Positions 37,261 through 49,938 of a stretch of DNA of 64,000 bases are shown here, one piece after another. Positions within the stretch are counted from its first letter, which is position 1. Every line of letters starts with the position of its first letter. Origin of the DNA: an uncultured Nitrospiraceae bacterium (GTDB lineage: Bacteria; Nitrospirota; Nitrospiria; Nitrospirales; Nitrospiraceae). The notes under the pieces were generated by a model. The model did not search any database. It saw only the letters and a program-made list of their open reading frames with translations, and was not told the DNA's origin. The DNA is taken from positions 1,120,001 through 1,184,000 of the forward strand of contig CAVPLT010000001.1 of the NCBI GenBank assembly GCA_963706325.1, read 5' to 3'. The translations under genes were made by a program, and so were the position numbers.

Positions 37261-38460
37261 ATGGCGAAAGTGCTTGAAGGTCCCGGGATGGGGCTGATGA
37301 AGAAATGGGGAATCAACGTTCCCAATTATGTGGTCGTCACCTCCGTTGATGAGCTGACGAAGCTAGGACAAGCCAATGAATGGTTGAAGAAGTCCAAGCT
37401 GGTTGTCAAGGCGCATGAGGCCCTGGGATCGCGCTTCAAACTTGGTCTGGTCAAGGTAGACTTGGACTTCAAGGCCGCAGAGGCGGCGGCGAAGGAGATG
37501 ATCGGCCGCCAAGTCGGTAGCATCACCGTGAGCCAGGTCATTGTCTCTGAAATGATTCCGCACAAGGAAGAATATTATTGCGCTGTGAAATCCACTCGCG
37601 AAGGTAGTGAGGTTCTGGTCGCCAACTGTGGCGGGATCGAAGTTGAATCGAATTGGGAACGCGTTAAACGGTTGTGTCTCGAAATCGGGCAGTCCCCCTC
37701 CTCAGAATCCCTCGAAAAATTGTCCAAAGATGCGGGATTTGCCGGACCACTCATCAAAAAGATGGCCGAGTTTGCGGCCAAAATGTTTGTCTGCTTCGAC
37801 AGCGAAGATGCGCAATATCTCGAAGTAAACCCCGTGGTCCTGCGCACAAGTGATGGCGAACTCGTGGCGCTTGACGCTGTGACGCTCCTTGACGGTGATG
37901 CCAAGTTTCGCCATCCGGATTGGAACTTTGCGTTTGCGGCGGAGTTTGGTCGCGCCTACTCCAAGCAAGAAATCGACGTCATGGCAGTCGACAGCAAGAT
38001 CAAGGGCTCGGTCAAGTTCATTGAAATTCCCGGTGGCGATACCGCTATGTTGCCGGCGGGTGGTGGCGCCAGCGTGTATTACTCGGATGCGGTGGTCGCG
38101 CGCGGCGGAAAATTGGCTAACTATGCCGAATATTCAGGCGATCCACCTGATTGGGCAGTGGAAGTCCTCACGGAAAAAGTCTGCTCGTTACCCGGGATCA
38201 AGAACATCATCGTCGGTGGCGCGATCGCGAACTTCACCGATGTAAAGAAAACATTCGGCGGCATCATCAATGGGTTCCGCAAGGCGAAATCGGAAGGCAA
38301 GCTGAAAGGTGTCAGGATCTGGGTGCGTCGCGGCGGGCCGCGCGAGAAGGAAGGACTCGACGCCATGCGCGCGCTGAAAGACGAAGGCTTCGACATCAAT
38401 GTCTTCGACCGCAACACACCGCTGACCGACATCGTCGACAAGGCGCTCCAAGTGAAGTAG
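37261..38460 (+). CDS. aclB: ATP-citrate lyase beta subunit
   Basis: ATP-grasp region plus AGGGASV, ANYAEYSG, GGAIANFT, VRRGGP. Confidence 0.95.
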   Translation: MAKVLEGPGMGLMKKWGINVPNYVVVTSVDELTKLGQANEWLKKSKLVVKAHEALGSRFKLGLVKVDLDFKAAEAAAKEMIGRQVGSITVSQVIVSEMIPHKEEYYCAVKSTREGSEVLVANCGGIEVESNWERVKRLCLEIGQSPSSESLEKLSKDAGFAGPLIKKMAEFAAKMFVCFDSEDAQYLEVNPVVLRTSDGELVALDAVTLLDGDAKFRHPDWNFAFAAEFGRAYSKQEIDVMAVDSKIKGSVKFIEIPGGDTAMLPAGGGASVYYSDAVVARGGKLANYAEYSGDPPDWAVEVLTEKVCSLPGIKNIIVGGAIANFTDVKKTFGGIINGFRKAKSEGKLKGVRIWVRRGGPREKEGLDAMRALKDEGFDINVFDRNTPLTDIVDKALQVK

Positions 38461-38500
38461 CCCGCGGCCTATGACCAACCGGAGATAAGGGGAGATCCCG

Positions 38501-40321
38501 ATGAGTATTCTGGCAAATAAAGACACCCGCGTGGTGATTCAGGGTGGTCAGGCCGGCGTCAACGCCGCCCGACGAATGGCTGAATTTTGCTATCTGATCA
38601 AGCGACCACTCAATGTGGAAGCATTTGTCTATCCGCCTGATGCCGGCAAAACGAACGAAATTCCATATGGCAGTGGCTTGATTGCGATCCCTATCTACAA
38701 ATCCATTGCCGAAGCGACCAAGCATCACTCGACGATCAACACCAGCCTCGTCTACATCGGTGCCGATCGGGCGATGAAGGGTGGCATGGAAGCGCTCGAC
38801 GATTCGCACATCAAGGTGGTCTCGATGATCACAGAAGGTGTGCCTGAGAAGGATGCGAAAATTCTTGGCGCCCATGCGCGAAAGCTCGGTAAGGTGTTCA
38901 ACGGGCCGTCGTCTATTGGCATCATTTCGGCAGGGGCTTGCCGCTTGGGCGTGATCGGCGGTGCGTTCGACAACCTCGTGCTCTCCAAGCTCTACCGCGA
39001 GGGGTCGTTTGGCGTCATTACAAAATCCGGAGGACTGTCAAACGAGATCATCTGGATCTGCTCTCAATTTGCCGACGGCGTTACCACAGCTATCGGGATC
39101 GGCGGCGATGCCTATCCTGGAACCGACTATGTCAGCTATCTGGAAATGTTCGAAAACGATCCTCAGACGAAGGCGGTGGTCATTGTCGGCGAGATGGGCG
39201 GTGATCTCGAGGAGCGAGCGGCTGAATGGTATGGCGCGAAGAAGCGACGCGTGAAATTGATTGCGGTTGTGTCCGGATTCTGCCAGGAGAGCTTGCCGAA
39301 GGGAATGAAGTTCGGTCATGCAGGTGCCAAGGAGGGGCTGAAGGGCGAAGGTTCGGCCCGGTCGAAATCGGATGCACTTAAGAAAGCCGGCGCGTTGGTG
39401 CCGGCGACGTTCGGCGCACTCGGCCCGGCCATAAAGGAGACCTATCAGGAACTGTTGAAGTCCGGCCAAGTGAAGGAGCCGGTTGAGCCGGCTACATTGC
39501 CTAGGTTGCCAAAAACCGTTGAAGAAGCCATGAAGGCCGACGAGGTCATGGTTGCGCCGCTGATCCGCACGACCATCAGCGATGACCGTGGCGATGAGCC
39601 CTGCTATGACGGCTATCCGGCCTCTGAGCTCATCAATAAGGGCTACGAAATTCCTCACGTCATAGGCCTTCTGTGGGACAAGCGCTTGATCTCGAAGCAA
39701 GAAGCTGAAATCATCAAGCGAATCATGATGCTGTCTGCCGATCATGGCCCCTGCGTGAGCGGTGCTTACGCGACCATTTTGGCCGCCTGTGCCGGCATCG
39801 GGTTGTCGCAATCAGTGGCTGCAGGAATGATCATGATTGGACCGCGCTTCGGCGGTGCTGTGACTGACGCAGGCCGCTTCTTTAAATATGCGGTCGATAA
39901 CAAGATGTCAGTGGACGAATTCTTGACTCACATGAAAAAGAATCACGGCCCGGTCCCTGGTATCGGTCATCGTGTGAAGAGCCTGCGCAATCCGGACAAG
40001 CGGGTCAAAGAGTTGGTCGGTTACGTCAAGAGTCTGAAAATCAAAACCCCCTGCTTGGACTTTGCGCTTGAAGTGGAAAAGATCACCTCGGTGAAGAAGG
40101 ACAATTTGATTCTGAACGTCGATGGGACGATGGCGGCCGTGTTAGTGGATATCGGGTTCCCGGTTGATAGCTTGAACGGATTCTTTATTTTGTCGCGTAC
40201 GATTGGCCTCATCGGACATTGGGTGGATCAAAAGCGACAAGATAGCCGCTTGATTCGGTTATTTGATTACCTCGTGAACTATGCGGCCCCCAAACGACGG
40301 GAAGTGCCGCCACTGAAATAG
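38501..40321 (+). CDS. aclA: ATP-citrate lyase alpha subunit
   Basis: KSGGLSNE, phospho-His FGHAGA, and citryl-CoA lyase motifs ADHGPCVSG, GIGHR, LNVDG. Confidence 0.95.
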   Translation: MSILANKDTRVVIQGGQAGVNAARRMAEFCYLIKRPLNVEAFVYPPDAGKTNEIPYGSGLIAIPIYKSIAEATKHHSTINTSLVYIGADRAMKGGMEALDDSHIKVVSMITEGVPEKDAKILGAHARKLGKVFNGPSSIGIISAGACRLGVIGGAFDNLVLSKLYREGSFGVITKSGGLSNEIIWICSQFADGVTTAIGIGGDAYPGTDYVSYLEMFENDPQTKAVVIVGEMGGDLEERAAEWYGAKKRRVKLIAVVSGFCQESLPKGMKFGHAGAKEGLKGEGSARSKSDALKKAGALVPATFGALGPAIKETYQELLKSGQVKEPVEPATLPRLPKTVEEAMKADEVMVAPLIRTTISDDRGDEPCYDGYPASELINKGYEIPHVIGLLWDKRLISKQEAEIIKRIMMLSADHGPCVSGAYATILAACAGIGLSQSVAAGMIMIGPRFGGAVTDAGRFFKYAVDNKMSVDEFLTHMKKNHGPVPGIGHRVKSLRNPDKRVKELVGYVKSLKIKTPCLDFALEVEKITSVKKDNLILNVDGTMAAVLVDIGFPVDSLNGFFILSRTIGLIGHWVDQKRQDSRLIRLFDYLVNYAAPKRREVPPLK

Positions 40322-40421
40322 CTTCAAATTATGAAGCGTCTTGCGCAATGAGCCATAGAGCAGGCGGAAGGCTCCTGAGAGAGGCGAGCGATAGTCAACA
40401 GCAGAAGACGGAGAAAGAATC

Positions 40422-42668
40422 ATGTCGATGGATCTCGCTAAAAAACTGTATGCCAAAATGCCTGACGTTTTCGCCAAGGCCAGAAAGAAATTTGGCCGTG
40501 GCCTGACTCTGGCTGACAAGATATTGGTGTCCCACGCGGATAATTTCGATGCGCAGACTTGGGAGCGAGGTAAAGCGATGCTGGCGCTTCGTCCTGATCG
40601 CGTCGCGATGCAGGATGCGACGGCGCAGATGGCCATACTCCAGTTCATGCAGGCCAATAAGAAGCAGGTCGCTGTCCCCAGTACCATCCACTGCGACCAT
40701 CTCATCCGAGCTGAAATGGGTTCCGAAAAGGACCTGCTACGCGCGATGGATGAGAACAAAGAAGTCTATAACTTTCTCGCGTCTGCTGCGAAAAAATACG
40801 GGATTGGGTTTTGGAAGCCAGGTGCCGGCATCATCCACCAGGTGGTCTTGGAAAATTATGCGTTCCCTGGCTGCTTGATCATCGGGACGGACTCGCATAC
40901 GCCCAATGGCGGCGGTTTGGGTGGATTGGCGATTGGTGTGGGCGGCGCGGATGCCGGCGAAGTGATGGCAGGTCTTCCGTGGGAAGTGTTGCATCCAAAA
41001 CTGATTGGCGTTCGACTCACAGGCAAGTTGAACGGCTGGGCTTCACCAAAAGACGTGATCCTCTATCTTTGCGGTTTGCTGACCGTAAAGGGCGGCACGA
41101 ACAAGATAGTGGAGTATTTCGGCCCTGGCGCGGAAACCATCAGCGCCACTGGGAAGGGGACAATCTGTAACATGGGCGCGGAATTAGGCGCGACGACCTC
41201 CGTGTTTCCTTTCGACCAGAAGATGGTCGCTTACATGAACATCATGGACCGGACAGACCTGGCGAGCTTTGCGCAGTCCCATAAGGAGCTCCTCGTGGCT
41301 GATCCTGAGGTCTACCAATCACCGGAGAAGTACTATGACCAGATTGTCGAGGTCGATCTCTCCAATCTCGAGCCGCACGTCGTGGGTCCTCACACGCCGG
41401 ATCTCGCCCGGCCAATCTCAAAATTAGCGGCCGAGGCGAAGGAAAAGGGGTATCCGGTCGAACTCAAGGCGGCACTCATCGGCAGTTGTACCAATTCATC
41501 ATACGAAGACATCAGTCGCTCCGCGCACATTGCGCGGCAGGGGTTGAAGGCGGGATTGAAGGCCAAGGCGTCCTTCCTGGTGTCGCCGGGCTCAGAGCGA
41601 ATTTATCATACGATGAAGCGCGATGGGTTCTTAGAGACGTTTGAACAATTGGGCGGCACCGTCTTGTCGAATTCCTGCGGGCCCTGCATCGGGCAGTGGA
41701 AGCGCGCAGATGGTGTGAAGGGCAAGGCCGATTCTATCGTCAGCTCATTTAATCGTAATTTTCCTGGTCGCAATGACGGGATCAGCGAAACGCTGTCATT
41801 CCTGGCCAGCCCGGAAGTCGTGACGGCGTATGCAATTACAGGTGATCTTGGCTTCGATCCTGTGAATCAAACCCTCAAGGGCGCTGATGGTAAAGAGTTC
41901 AAATTTCAGCCGCCGCAGGGAGAAGAGCTTCCTGCCAAAGGATTTGCGAAGGGCGACGAAGGCTTCGTAGCTCCCGCGGAAAATGGCGATGGACTCACAG
42001 TGGACATTCCGCCGACCAGTGAACGGCTGCAGTTGTTGCAGCCGTTTCCGCGCTGGGATGGTCAGGATTTCGAGAAGCTTCCGCTCTTGATGAAGACGAA
42101 GGGCAAAACGACCACTGACCATATTTCTCCAGCCGGGCCATGGCTGAAGTACCGCGGACATCTCGATAAGATCAGCGACAATATGTTCTTGGGTGCGAAT
42201 AGCGCCTTCTCATCAGAGCCCGGTAAGGGCACGGACGTATTGACTGGTGAATCGGGTCTCACCATTGCTCAGATTGCCCGTCGGTATAAGGCGAAGGGTA
42301 TTGGATCCGTTGTGGTAGGGGATGAGAACTATGGTGAGGGCAGTAGTCGTGAACACGCGGCGATGTCACCCCGGTTCCTGAACGTGCGCGTCGTGATCAC
42401 CAAGAGCTTTGCCCGCATTCATGAAACTAATTTGAAGAAGCAGGGGATCTTGGCATTGACCTTTGCAGATCCGATGGACTACGACCAAATCGAGCAGCAG
42501 GATCGCATTAGCGTGACGGGCTTGAACAGCTTGGCCCCAGGAAAGGCAGTGCAGGTAACGATTCACAAGGTGAGTGGACAAGCGTTAAACATTCAGGTGA
42601 ACCACAGCATGACAGAGCAACAGATTGCTTGGTTCAAGGCTGGTTCAGCGCTGAATGCGCTGAACTAA
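40422..42668 (+). CDS. acnA: Aconitate hydratase (mitochondrial-like type)
   Basis: MQDATAQMA, HCDH, DSHT, IGSCTNSS, CGPCIG, GSSREHAA. Confidence 0.95.
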   Translation: MSMDLAKKLYAKMPDVFAKARKKFGRGLTLADKILVSHADNFDAQTWERGKAMLALRPDRVAMQDATAQMAILQFMQANKKQVAVPSTIHCDHLIRAEMGSEKDLLRAMDENKEVYNFLASAAKKYGIGFWKPGAGIIHQVVLENYAFPGCLIIGTDSHTPNGGGLGGLAIGVGGADAGEVMAGLPWEVLHPKLIGVRLTGKLNGWASPKDVILYLCGLLTVKGGTNKIVEYFGPGAETISATGKGTICNMGAELGATTSVFPFDQKMVAYMNIMDRTDLASFAQSHKELLVADPEVYQSPEKYYDQIVEVDLSNLEPHVVGPHTPDLARPISKLAAEAKEKGYPVELKAALIGSCTNSSYEDISRSAHIARQGLKAGLKAKASFLVSPGSERIYHTMKRDGFLETFEQLGGTVLSNSCGPCIGQWKRADGVKGKADSIVSSFNRNFPGRNDGISETLSFLASPEVVTAYAITGDLGFDPVNQTLKGADGKEFKFQPPQGEELPAKGFAKGDEGFVAPAENGDGLTVDIPPTSERLQLLQPFPRWDGQDFEKLPLLMKTKGKTTTDHISPAGPWLKYRGHLDKISDNMFLGANSAFSSEPGKGTDVLTGESGLTIAQIARRYKAKGIGSVVVGDENYGEGSSREHAAMSPRFLNVRVVITKSFARIHETNLKKQGILALTFADPMDYDQIEQQDRISVTGLNSLAPGKAVQVTIHKVSGQALNIQVNHSMTEQQIAWFKAGSALNALN

Positions 42669-44927
<2,259 letters not shown>

Positions 44928-45048
44928 AGCATTGTGGGCCTGTTTATCACGAGTAGAACGTGTTGTGTGAGTCTCGTTGGGGGTAATCGATGAGGGGCGA
45001 TCCTTCGTCGTCGTACCTCCAACCTCACCTCTCAGCAGTTTGAGGAAT

Positions 45049-45759
45049 ATGGCACAAGAAGACGCCAATGTAATCGACCAGCCTGAAGTGCTCTGCCATA
45101 AAATGGTGAGCATTGAAATTTCCGGTAAGAAGTATGAAGTGCCGGAGGGTATCACGGTCATTAAGGCCTTATGGTACACGGGCCAGGAGGTGGTGCGAGG
45201 AGCCGGCTGCCTCGGTGGATTCTGCGGGGCTTGCGCAACCTACTATCGCACGAAAGACGATCCGAAGGTCCGGACGTGTCTGGCCTGCCAAATGGCCGTA
45301 GAGGACGGTATGTCCTTTACCATTATGCCTCCGTTTCCAGCGCGGAAGGCACTGTACGATATTCAGACCCTTAAAGACCCAAAGCAAGACCTGTTCAATT
45401 TGTATCCCGAAGCGCCGCTCTGTCGGAATTGTAACGCCTGCACCGAGGCCTGCCCGCAAAAAATCGACGTCCGGGAAGGTGTGTGGAAAGCCGTGTTCGG
45501 CGACTTCAAGAGCGTGTCCGAGATGTTCATGGACTGTGTCATGTGCGGGATGTGCACACCGGTCTGTATTGCCGACATTGCTCCAAATTTAGTGGCTCTG
45601 TATGTCAGCCGAGCACAAGGCGCTCACTTTACCGCGAGGCCTGAGGGGCTTGAGACACGCATCAAGGAAATTCAGGACGGCCGGTTCAACGAGGAGTGGA
45701 ACAGGGTCCTCGCCATGAACGAAAAAGAGATGGCCGAACACTGCGCGACAGTAATGTAA
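45049..45759 (+). CDS. Fumarate reductase/succinate dehydrogenase-like Fe-S subunit
   Basis: [2Fe-2S] motif CLGGFCGAC...C plus CRNCNACTEACP and CVMCGMCTPVC. Confidence 0.85.
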   Translation: MAQEDANVIDQPEVLCHKMVSIEISGKKYEVPEGITVIKALWYTGQEVVRGAGCLGGFCGACATYYRTKDDPKVRTCLACQMAVEDGMSFTIMPPFPARKALYDIQTLKDPKQDLFNLYPEAPLCRNCNACTEACPQKIDVREGVWKAVFGDFKSVSEMFMDCVMCGMCTPVCIADIAPNLVALYVSRAQGAHFTARPEGLETRIKEIQDGRFNEEWNRVLAMNEKEMAEHCATVM

Positions 45760-45827
45760 TGCATTGTGTCGTCAGCCGGGCTTCCGAAGATATGCCTGGA
45801 GATTGTGCTCCCGCTGAAAGCGAAATC

Positions 45828-47429
45828 ATGGACATTCACGCGCTTCAACAAATTGTTCACCAGACTCGGGATGCACGTCGCGAGCAAACCATTCCGAAAT
45901 TTTCCCCCGCAGACCGTGACCAACTGATTCACAAGTATCACCCTGATTACCGTGCCAGCGCCTATCGCCCGATTCGATTTGGCCCTAACATGAATGACAG
46001 GACAGTCGTTGAGCTGGCTGCGCTTCTCGAAGGAGACAGCCCGATTGCGGAGAATGTCGATCTCACGCCGCACTACACGACGGATGTCTTGGTGGTTGGG
46101 GGTGGGGGCGCCGGTTGCGCCGCGGCACTGCATGCCCATGGCACCGGCGCAAAGGTTATTCTTGCGACGAAGCTTCGGCTGGGCGACTCCAATAGCGTCA
46201 TGGCGCAGGGCGGCATGCAAATTTCTGTTGCGCCGGAAGACTCTCCAGTCACCCATTTCCTCGACACGCTTAAGGGCGGTCACATGCAGAATGACCATGA
46301 ATTGCTCAGAGTCATGGTTGAGGAAGGACCGTCGATCGCAAAGTGGCTGATTGAACTGGGCGTCCTCTTCGACCGACAGGCGGATGGTAATCTGCACGTG
46401 AAGAAAGGTGGCGGAAGTTCCAAACCACGCCTTTTGACCTGCTCAGACTATACCGGCCTTGAGATCATGCGCGTGTTGAAGGACGAAGTCCTGAATCAAA
46501 AGATCCAAATCCTAGAGTTTTGCGCGGCGGTCGAGTTGCTCAGTGACGACAATGGCCACTGCACTGGAGCGATTTTCAAGGATCTCGACAATCATCGGCA
46601 AGTGGTCGTGGCAGCTAAATCAGTGATTCTCGCGACAGGCGGAATCGGCCGGTTACATATTCAGGGATTTCCAACGAGCAATCATTATGGCGCAACGGGT
46701 GACGGCCTCTGCCTCTCGTACCGAATGGGCGCGACGCTCGACCACATCGATACGTTTCAATATCATCCCTCGGGAGCAGTGTATCCAGAGCAATTGATCG
46801 GGGCATTAGTCACGGAAGGTATCCGCTCGGAAGGTGGCCATTTGGTGAATGCTAAGGGGGAGCGTTTCGTGAACGAACTCGATACCCGTGACGTGGTGTC
46901 GTCTTCCATCATTCGAGAGTGCGAAGAAGGCCGTGGTATTCGCACCATGTCAGGCCGTGTCGGGGTGTGGTTGGATACGCCGCTCTTGGATGCGGAGCAT
47001 GGCCCGGGAACAGTTGAGAAGCATTTCCCCGCGATGATGATGCAGTTCGAGCGGTTTGGAATCGACATCAGCAAGGACCCCGTGCTGATTTATCCGACGC
47101 TGCATTATCAGAACGGCGGCGTTAAGATTGATATACATTCAGAAACGAACGTCAGAAATCTCTTCGTAGCAGGTGAGGCCTCAGGCGGCTTACACGGACG
47201 CAATCGATTGATGGGCAATTCCTTGCTCGACCTGATGGTCTTTGGCAAACGTTCCGGCCTCACGGCGGCGTCTCGGGCGGGATCCATGCCACAAGGAGCG
47301 CTCACGGTTAAGCATCTTCAACGGTTCCGTGCTGAAGCAAAAAAACACGGCAATTCCAGCGGAGTGATCTCCCCGATGATTCTTCCTGCCTATACGCGCA
47401 AAGAACCGGAACGCACCGCGAATGGCTGA
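45828..47429 (+). CDS. Fumarate reductase-like flavoprotein subunit (SdhA/FrdA/NadB family)
   Basis: GGGGAG, AQGG, LATGG, QYHPSG, TRDVVS, LHYQNGG, HGRNRLMGNSL; located between icd and sucCD. Confidence 0.88.
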   Translation: MDIHALQQIVHQTRDARREQTIPKFSPADRDQLIHKYHPDYRASAYRPIRFGPNMNDRTVVELAALLEGDSPIAENVDLTPHYTTDVLVVGGGGAGCAAALHAHGTGAKVILATKLRLGDSNSVMAQGGMQISVAPEDSPVTHFLDTLKGGHMQNDHELLRVMVEEGPSIAKWLIELGVLFDRQADGNLHVKKGGGSSKPRLLTCSDYTGLEIMRVLKDEVLNQKIQILEFCAAVELLSDDNGHCTGAIFKDLDNHRQVVVAAKSVILATGGIGRLHIQGFPTSNHYGATGDGLCLSYRMGATLDHIDTFQYHPSGAVYPEQLIGALVTEGIRSEGGHLVNAKGERFVNELDTRDVVSSSIIRECEEGRGIRTMSGRVGVWLDTPLLDAEHGPGTVEKHFPAMMMQFERFGIDISKDPVLIYPTLHYQNGGVKIDIHSETNVRNLFVAGEASGGLHGRNRLMGNSLLDLMVFGKRSGLTAASRAGSMPQGALTVKHLQRFRAEAKKHGNSSGVISPMILPAYTRKEPERTANG

Positions 47430-47509
47430 TGGTGTCCAGTCTGCTCATGCACACTTCGTTCTCCGTCACACGTGGAATGCCGTAAGCCATTAGATCTTAT
47501 GAGGATTAC

Positions 47510-48688
47510 ATGAACGTTCATGAGTTTCAGGCCAAGCAGTTGTTTGCGCAGTTTGGGGTGCCGGTGCCTCGCGGAAAAGAGATTACGTCACCGGAGGCGG
47601 CGACGACATGGGCCAATGAGCTGAATACCCCCGTCTTTGTCGTGAAAGCGCAAATCCATGCTGGCGGACGTGGCAAGGCCGGCGGCGTCAAGATTACGAA
47701 GGACAAGGCGGCGGTTGCAGGCTTTGCGAAGGAATTGATCGGTAAAACCCTGGTCACGCACCAGACTGGACCGAAGGGAAGAAAAGTCCATCGGCTGCTT
47801 CTCGAAGAAGGGGCCAATATCGCCAAAGAACTGTACTTGAGCATTTTGGTGGATCGCGACACTGGTTGGCCGACGTTTATCTCCAGCACCGAAGGCGGTA
47901 TGGAAATCGAAGAGGTGGCGGAAAATACTCCGGAGAAGATCATCAAGGAAGCGATCGATCCCGCAGTCGGATTTCAGGGGCACAATGGGCGCAATGTGGC
48001 CTTTGCTTTGGGGCTTCAGAACATGGAACCGGCCGTCATCAATCCTTTTGTGCAGATGCTCGGGAATCTCTATCGCCTGTTCATGGAGAAGCATGCTGCG
48101 CTCGTCGAAATCAACCCATTGATCATCACGAAGGAAAAGACCTTGGTGGCCCTGGATGGTAAAGTGTCGTTTGACGACAACGGGCTCTATAAGCATGAAG
48201 ATGTGCAGAAAATGCGGGACCTCAACGAAGAGGATCCGTTGGAAATCGAAGCGACGGCGAACAATTTGAACTACGTCAAGCTTGATGGGAACATCGGCTG
48301 CATGGTGAACGGCGCCGGTCTTGCCATGGCGACCATGGACGTCATTAAGCTGGCGGGCAGTGAGCCGGCGAATTTCTTGGATGTGGGTGGCGGCGCAACG
48401 AAAGAAACGGTCGCGGCTGGTTTTCGGATTCTGCTCAAAGATCCGAACGTCAAAGGTATCTTCATCAATATTTTTGGCGGCATCGTGCGGTGTGAGCGAA
48501 TTGCGCATGGCGTGATTGAGGCGGCTAAAGAGGTGAAAATTACGGTGCCGTTGGTGGTGCGACTCCAGGGAACGAATGCAGATGAAGGCCGCACACTCTT
48601 AGCAGGGTCGGGTCTCAAGTTAGAAGTTGCCAATGATCTGTGGGAAGCGGCGCAGAAAATTGTGAAGCTGACCGGCAAGGCGGCGTAA
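47510..48688 (+). CDS. sucC: Succinyl-CoA ligase beta subunit
   Basis: [44 protein letters not shown]. Confidence 0.96.
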   Translation: MNVHEFQAKQLFAQFGVPVPRGKEITSPEAATTWANELNTPVFVVKAQIHAGGRGKAGGVKITKDKAAVAGFAKELIGKTLVTHQTGPKGRKVHRLLLEEGANIAKELYLSILVDRDTGWPTFISSTEGGMEIEEVAENTPEKIIKEAIDPAVGFQGHNGRNVAFALGLQNMEPAVINPFVQMLGNLYRLFMEKHAALVEINPLIITKEKTLVALDGKVSFDDNGLYKHEDVQKMRDLNEEDPLEIEATANNLNYVKLDGNIGCMVNGAGLAMATMDVIKLAGSEPANFLDVGGGATKETVAAGFRILLKDPNVKGIFINIFGGIVRCERIAHGVIEAAKEVKITVPLVVRLQGTNADEGRTLLAGSGLKLEVANDLWEAAQKIVKLTGKAA

Positions 48689-48699
48689 AGGAGAAGACC

Positions 48700-49572
48700 G
48701 TGAGCATTCTCGTCAATAAGAACACGCGAGTAGTGGTGCAGGGAATCACGGGGAAAGAAGGCTCTTTCCACGCGACGCAGTGCAAGGCCTACGGTACAAA
48801 GATGGTTGCCGGGGTGACGCCGGGGAAGGCTGGGCAAGAAGTCGAAGGCATTCCGGTTTTCAATACGGTGGTCGACGCGGTTAAGAAAACCGAATGCGAT
48901 ACGTCACTAATTTTTGTGCCTCCTCCGTTTTGTGCCGACGCGATATTGGAAGCCGCCGATGCAGGCGTCAAGCTGATTATTTGCATTACGGAAGGCATTC
49001 CCGTAAACGATATGGTGAAAGTGAAGCGTGCTTTGCAGGGTCGCGATGTCCGGTTAATCGGTCCCAATTGTCCTGGAGTGATTACGGTCGATGAAGCCAA
49101 GATCGGCATTATGCCGGGCTTCATCCATAAGCGTGGAGTGGTCGGCGTCGTATCTCGCAGCGGCACCCTGACGTATGAAGCGGTCCATCAGCTATCGACG
49201 TTGGGACTTGGTGAGACGACCTGTGTAGGGATCGGCGGTGACCCGGTCAACGGCACCGGCTTTGTCGATGTGTTGCCGCTCTTCGAGAAGGATGCCGAAA
49301 CCCAGGCCGTCGTCATGATCGGTGAGATTGGTGGCGATGCTGAGGAAAAGGCTGCTGAGTATATTAAAAAGTATGTCAAGAAGCCTGTGGTCAGCTTTAT
49401 CGCAGGCATAACCGCGCCTCCCGGGCGTCGCATGGGCCACGCTGGTGCGATTATTTCTGGCGGCAAAGGTACTGCCAGTGAGAAGATGAAAGCGCTCGAA
49501 GCGGCTGGCGTTCGAGTGGTGAAGAATCCCGCTGAGATTGGTCATGCCGTGAAAGCGGCGCTCGGCCGCTAG
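48700..49572 (+). CDS. sucD: Succinyl-CoA ligase alpha subunit
   Basis: [30 protein letters not shown] start after AAGGAG. Confidence 0.96.
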   Translation: MSILVNKNTRVVVQGITGKEGSFHATQCKAYGTKMVAGVTPGKAGQEVEGIPVFNTVVDAVKKTECDTSLIFVPPPFCADAILEAADAGVKLIICITEGIPVNDMVKVKRALQGRDVRLIGPNCPGVITVDEAKIGIMPGFIHKRGVVGVVSRSGTLTYEAVHQLSTLGLGETTCVGIGGDPVNGTGFVDVLPLFEKDAETQAVVMIGEIGGDAEEKAAEYIKKYVKKPVVSFIAGITAPPGRRMGHAGAIISGGKGTASEKMKALEAAGVRVVKNPAEIGHAVKAALGR

Positions 49573-49603
49573 CGGCCAGCCTATTTTCTCTATTGGGCGT
49601 CGT

Positions 49604-49638
49604 AGGGCGTCGGATTTAATCCGGCGCCCTCTTTTTTT
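49604..49638 (+). terminator. Intrinsic terminator after sucD
   Basis: AGGGCGTCGGA-TTTAA-TCCGGCGCCCT stem-loop followed by CTTTTTTT. Confidence 0.85.
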
Positions 49639-49938
49639 GTCTCAGGGCAATGCGCCGGGTTGCGTAATGAAGTCTGGGGATGCGGCATGTGATGGTGGCA
49701 GAGCCATGGTCACCATCGCCCTCACACCGTCCTTGAGACTACCTGAGTAAGCAAGGGCCAGGAATCTTCTCTTTTTCCCTCGCGATAGACGTGATACTGT
49801 GTAGCGGGCTCTGAACGTGGGACAGTCTGCCTGTGTTGAATCGCTCGCCTCTAACCCGAGATAGGATCGGCCTCCCTCCAGGAGAAGCCCCGACAGTACA
49901 AGGAGCTCCGGTTACTGTCCATATGAAAGGACGCCACT

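Noticed and set aside
49640..49938. Cobalamin riboswitch upstream of the B12 radical SAM gene
   Set aside because: It lacks the GGGAA, GCCACTG and B12-box elements.
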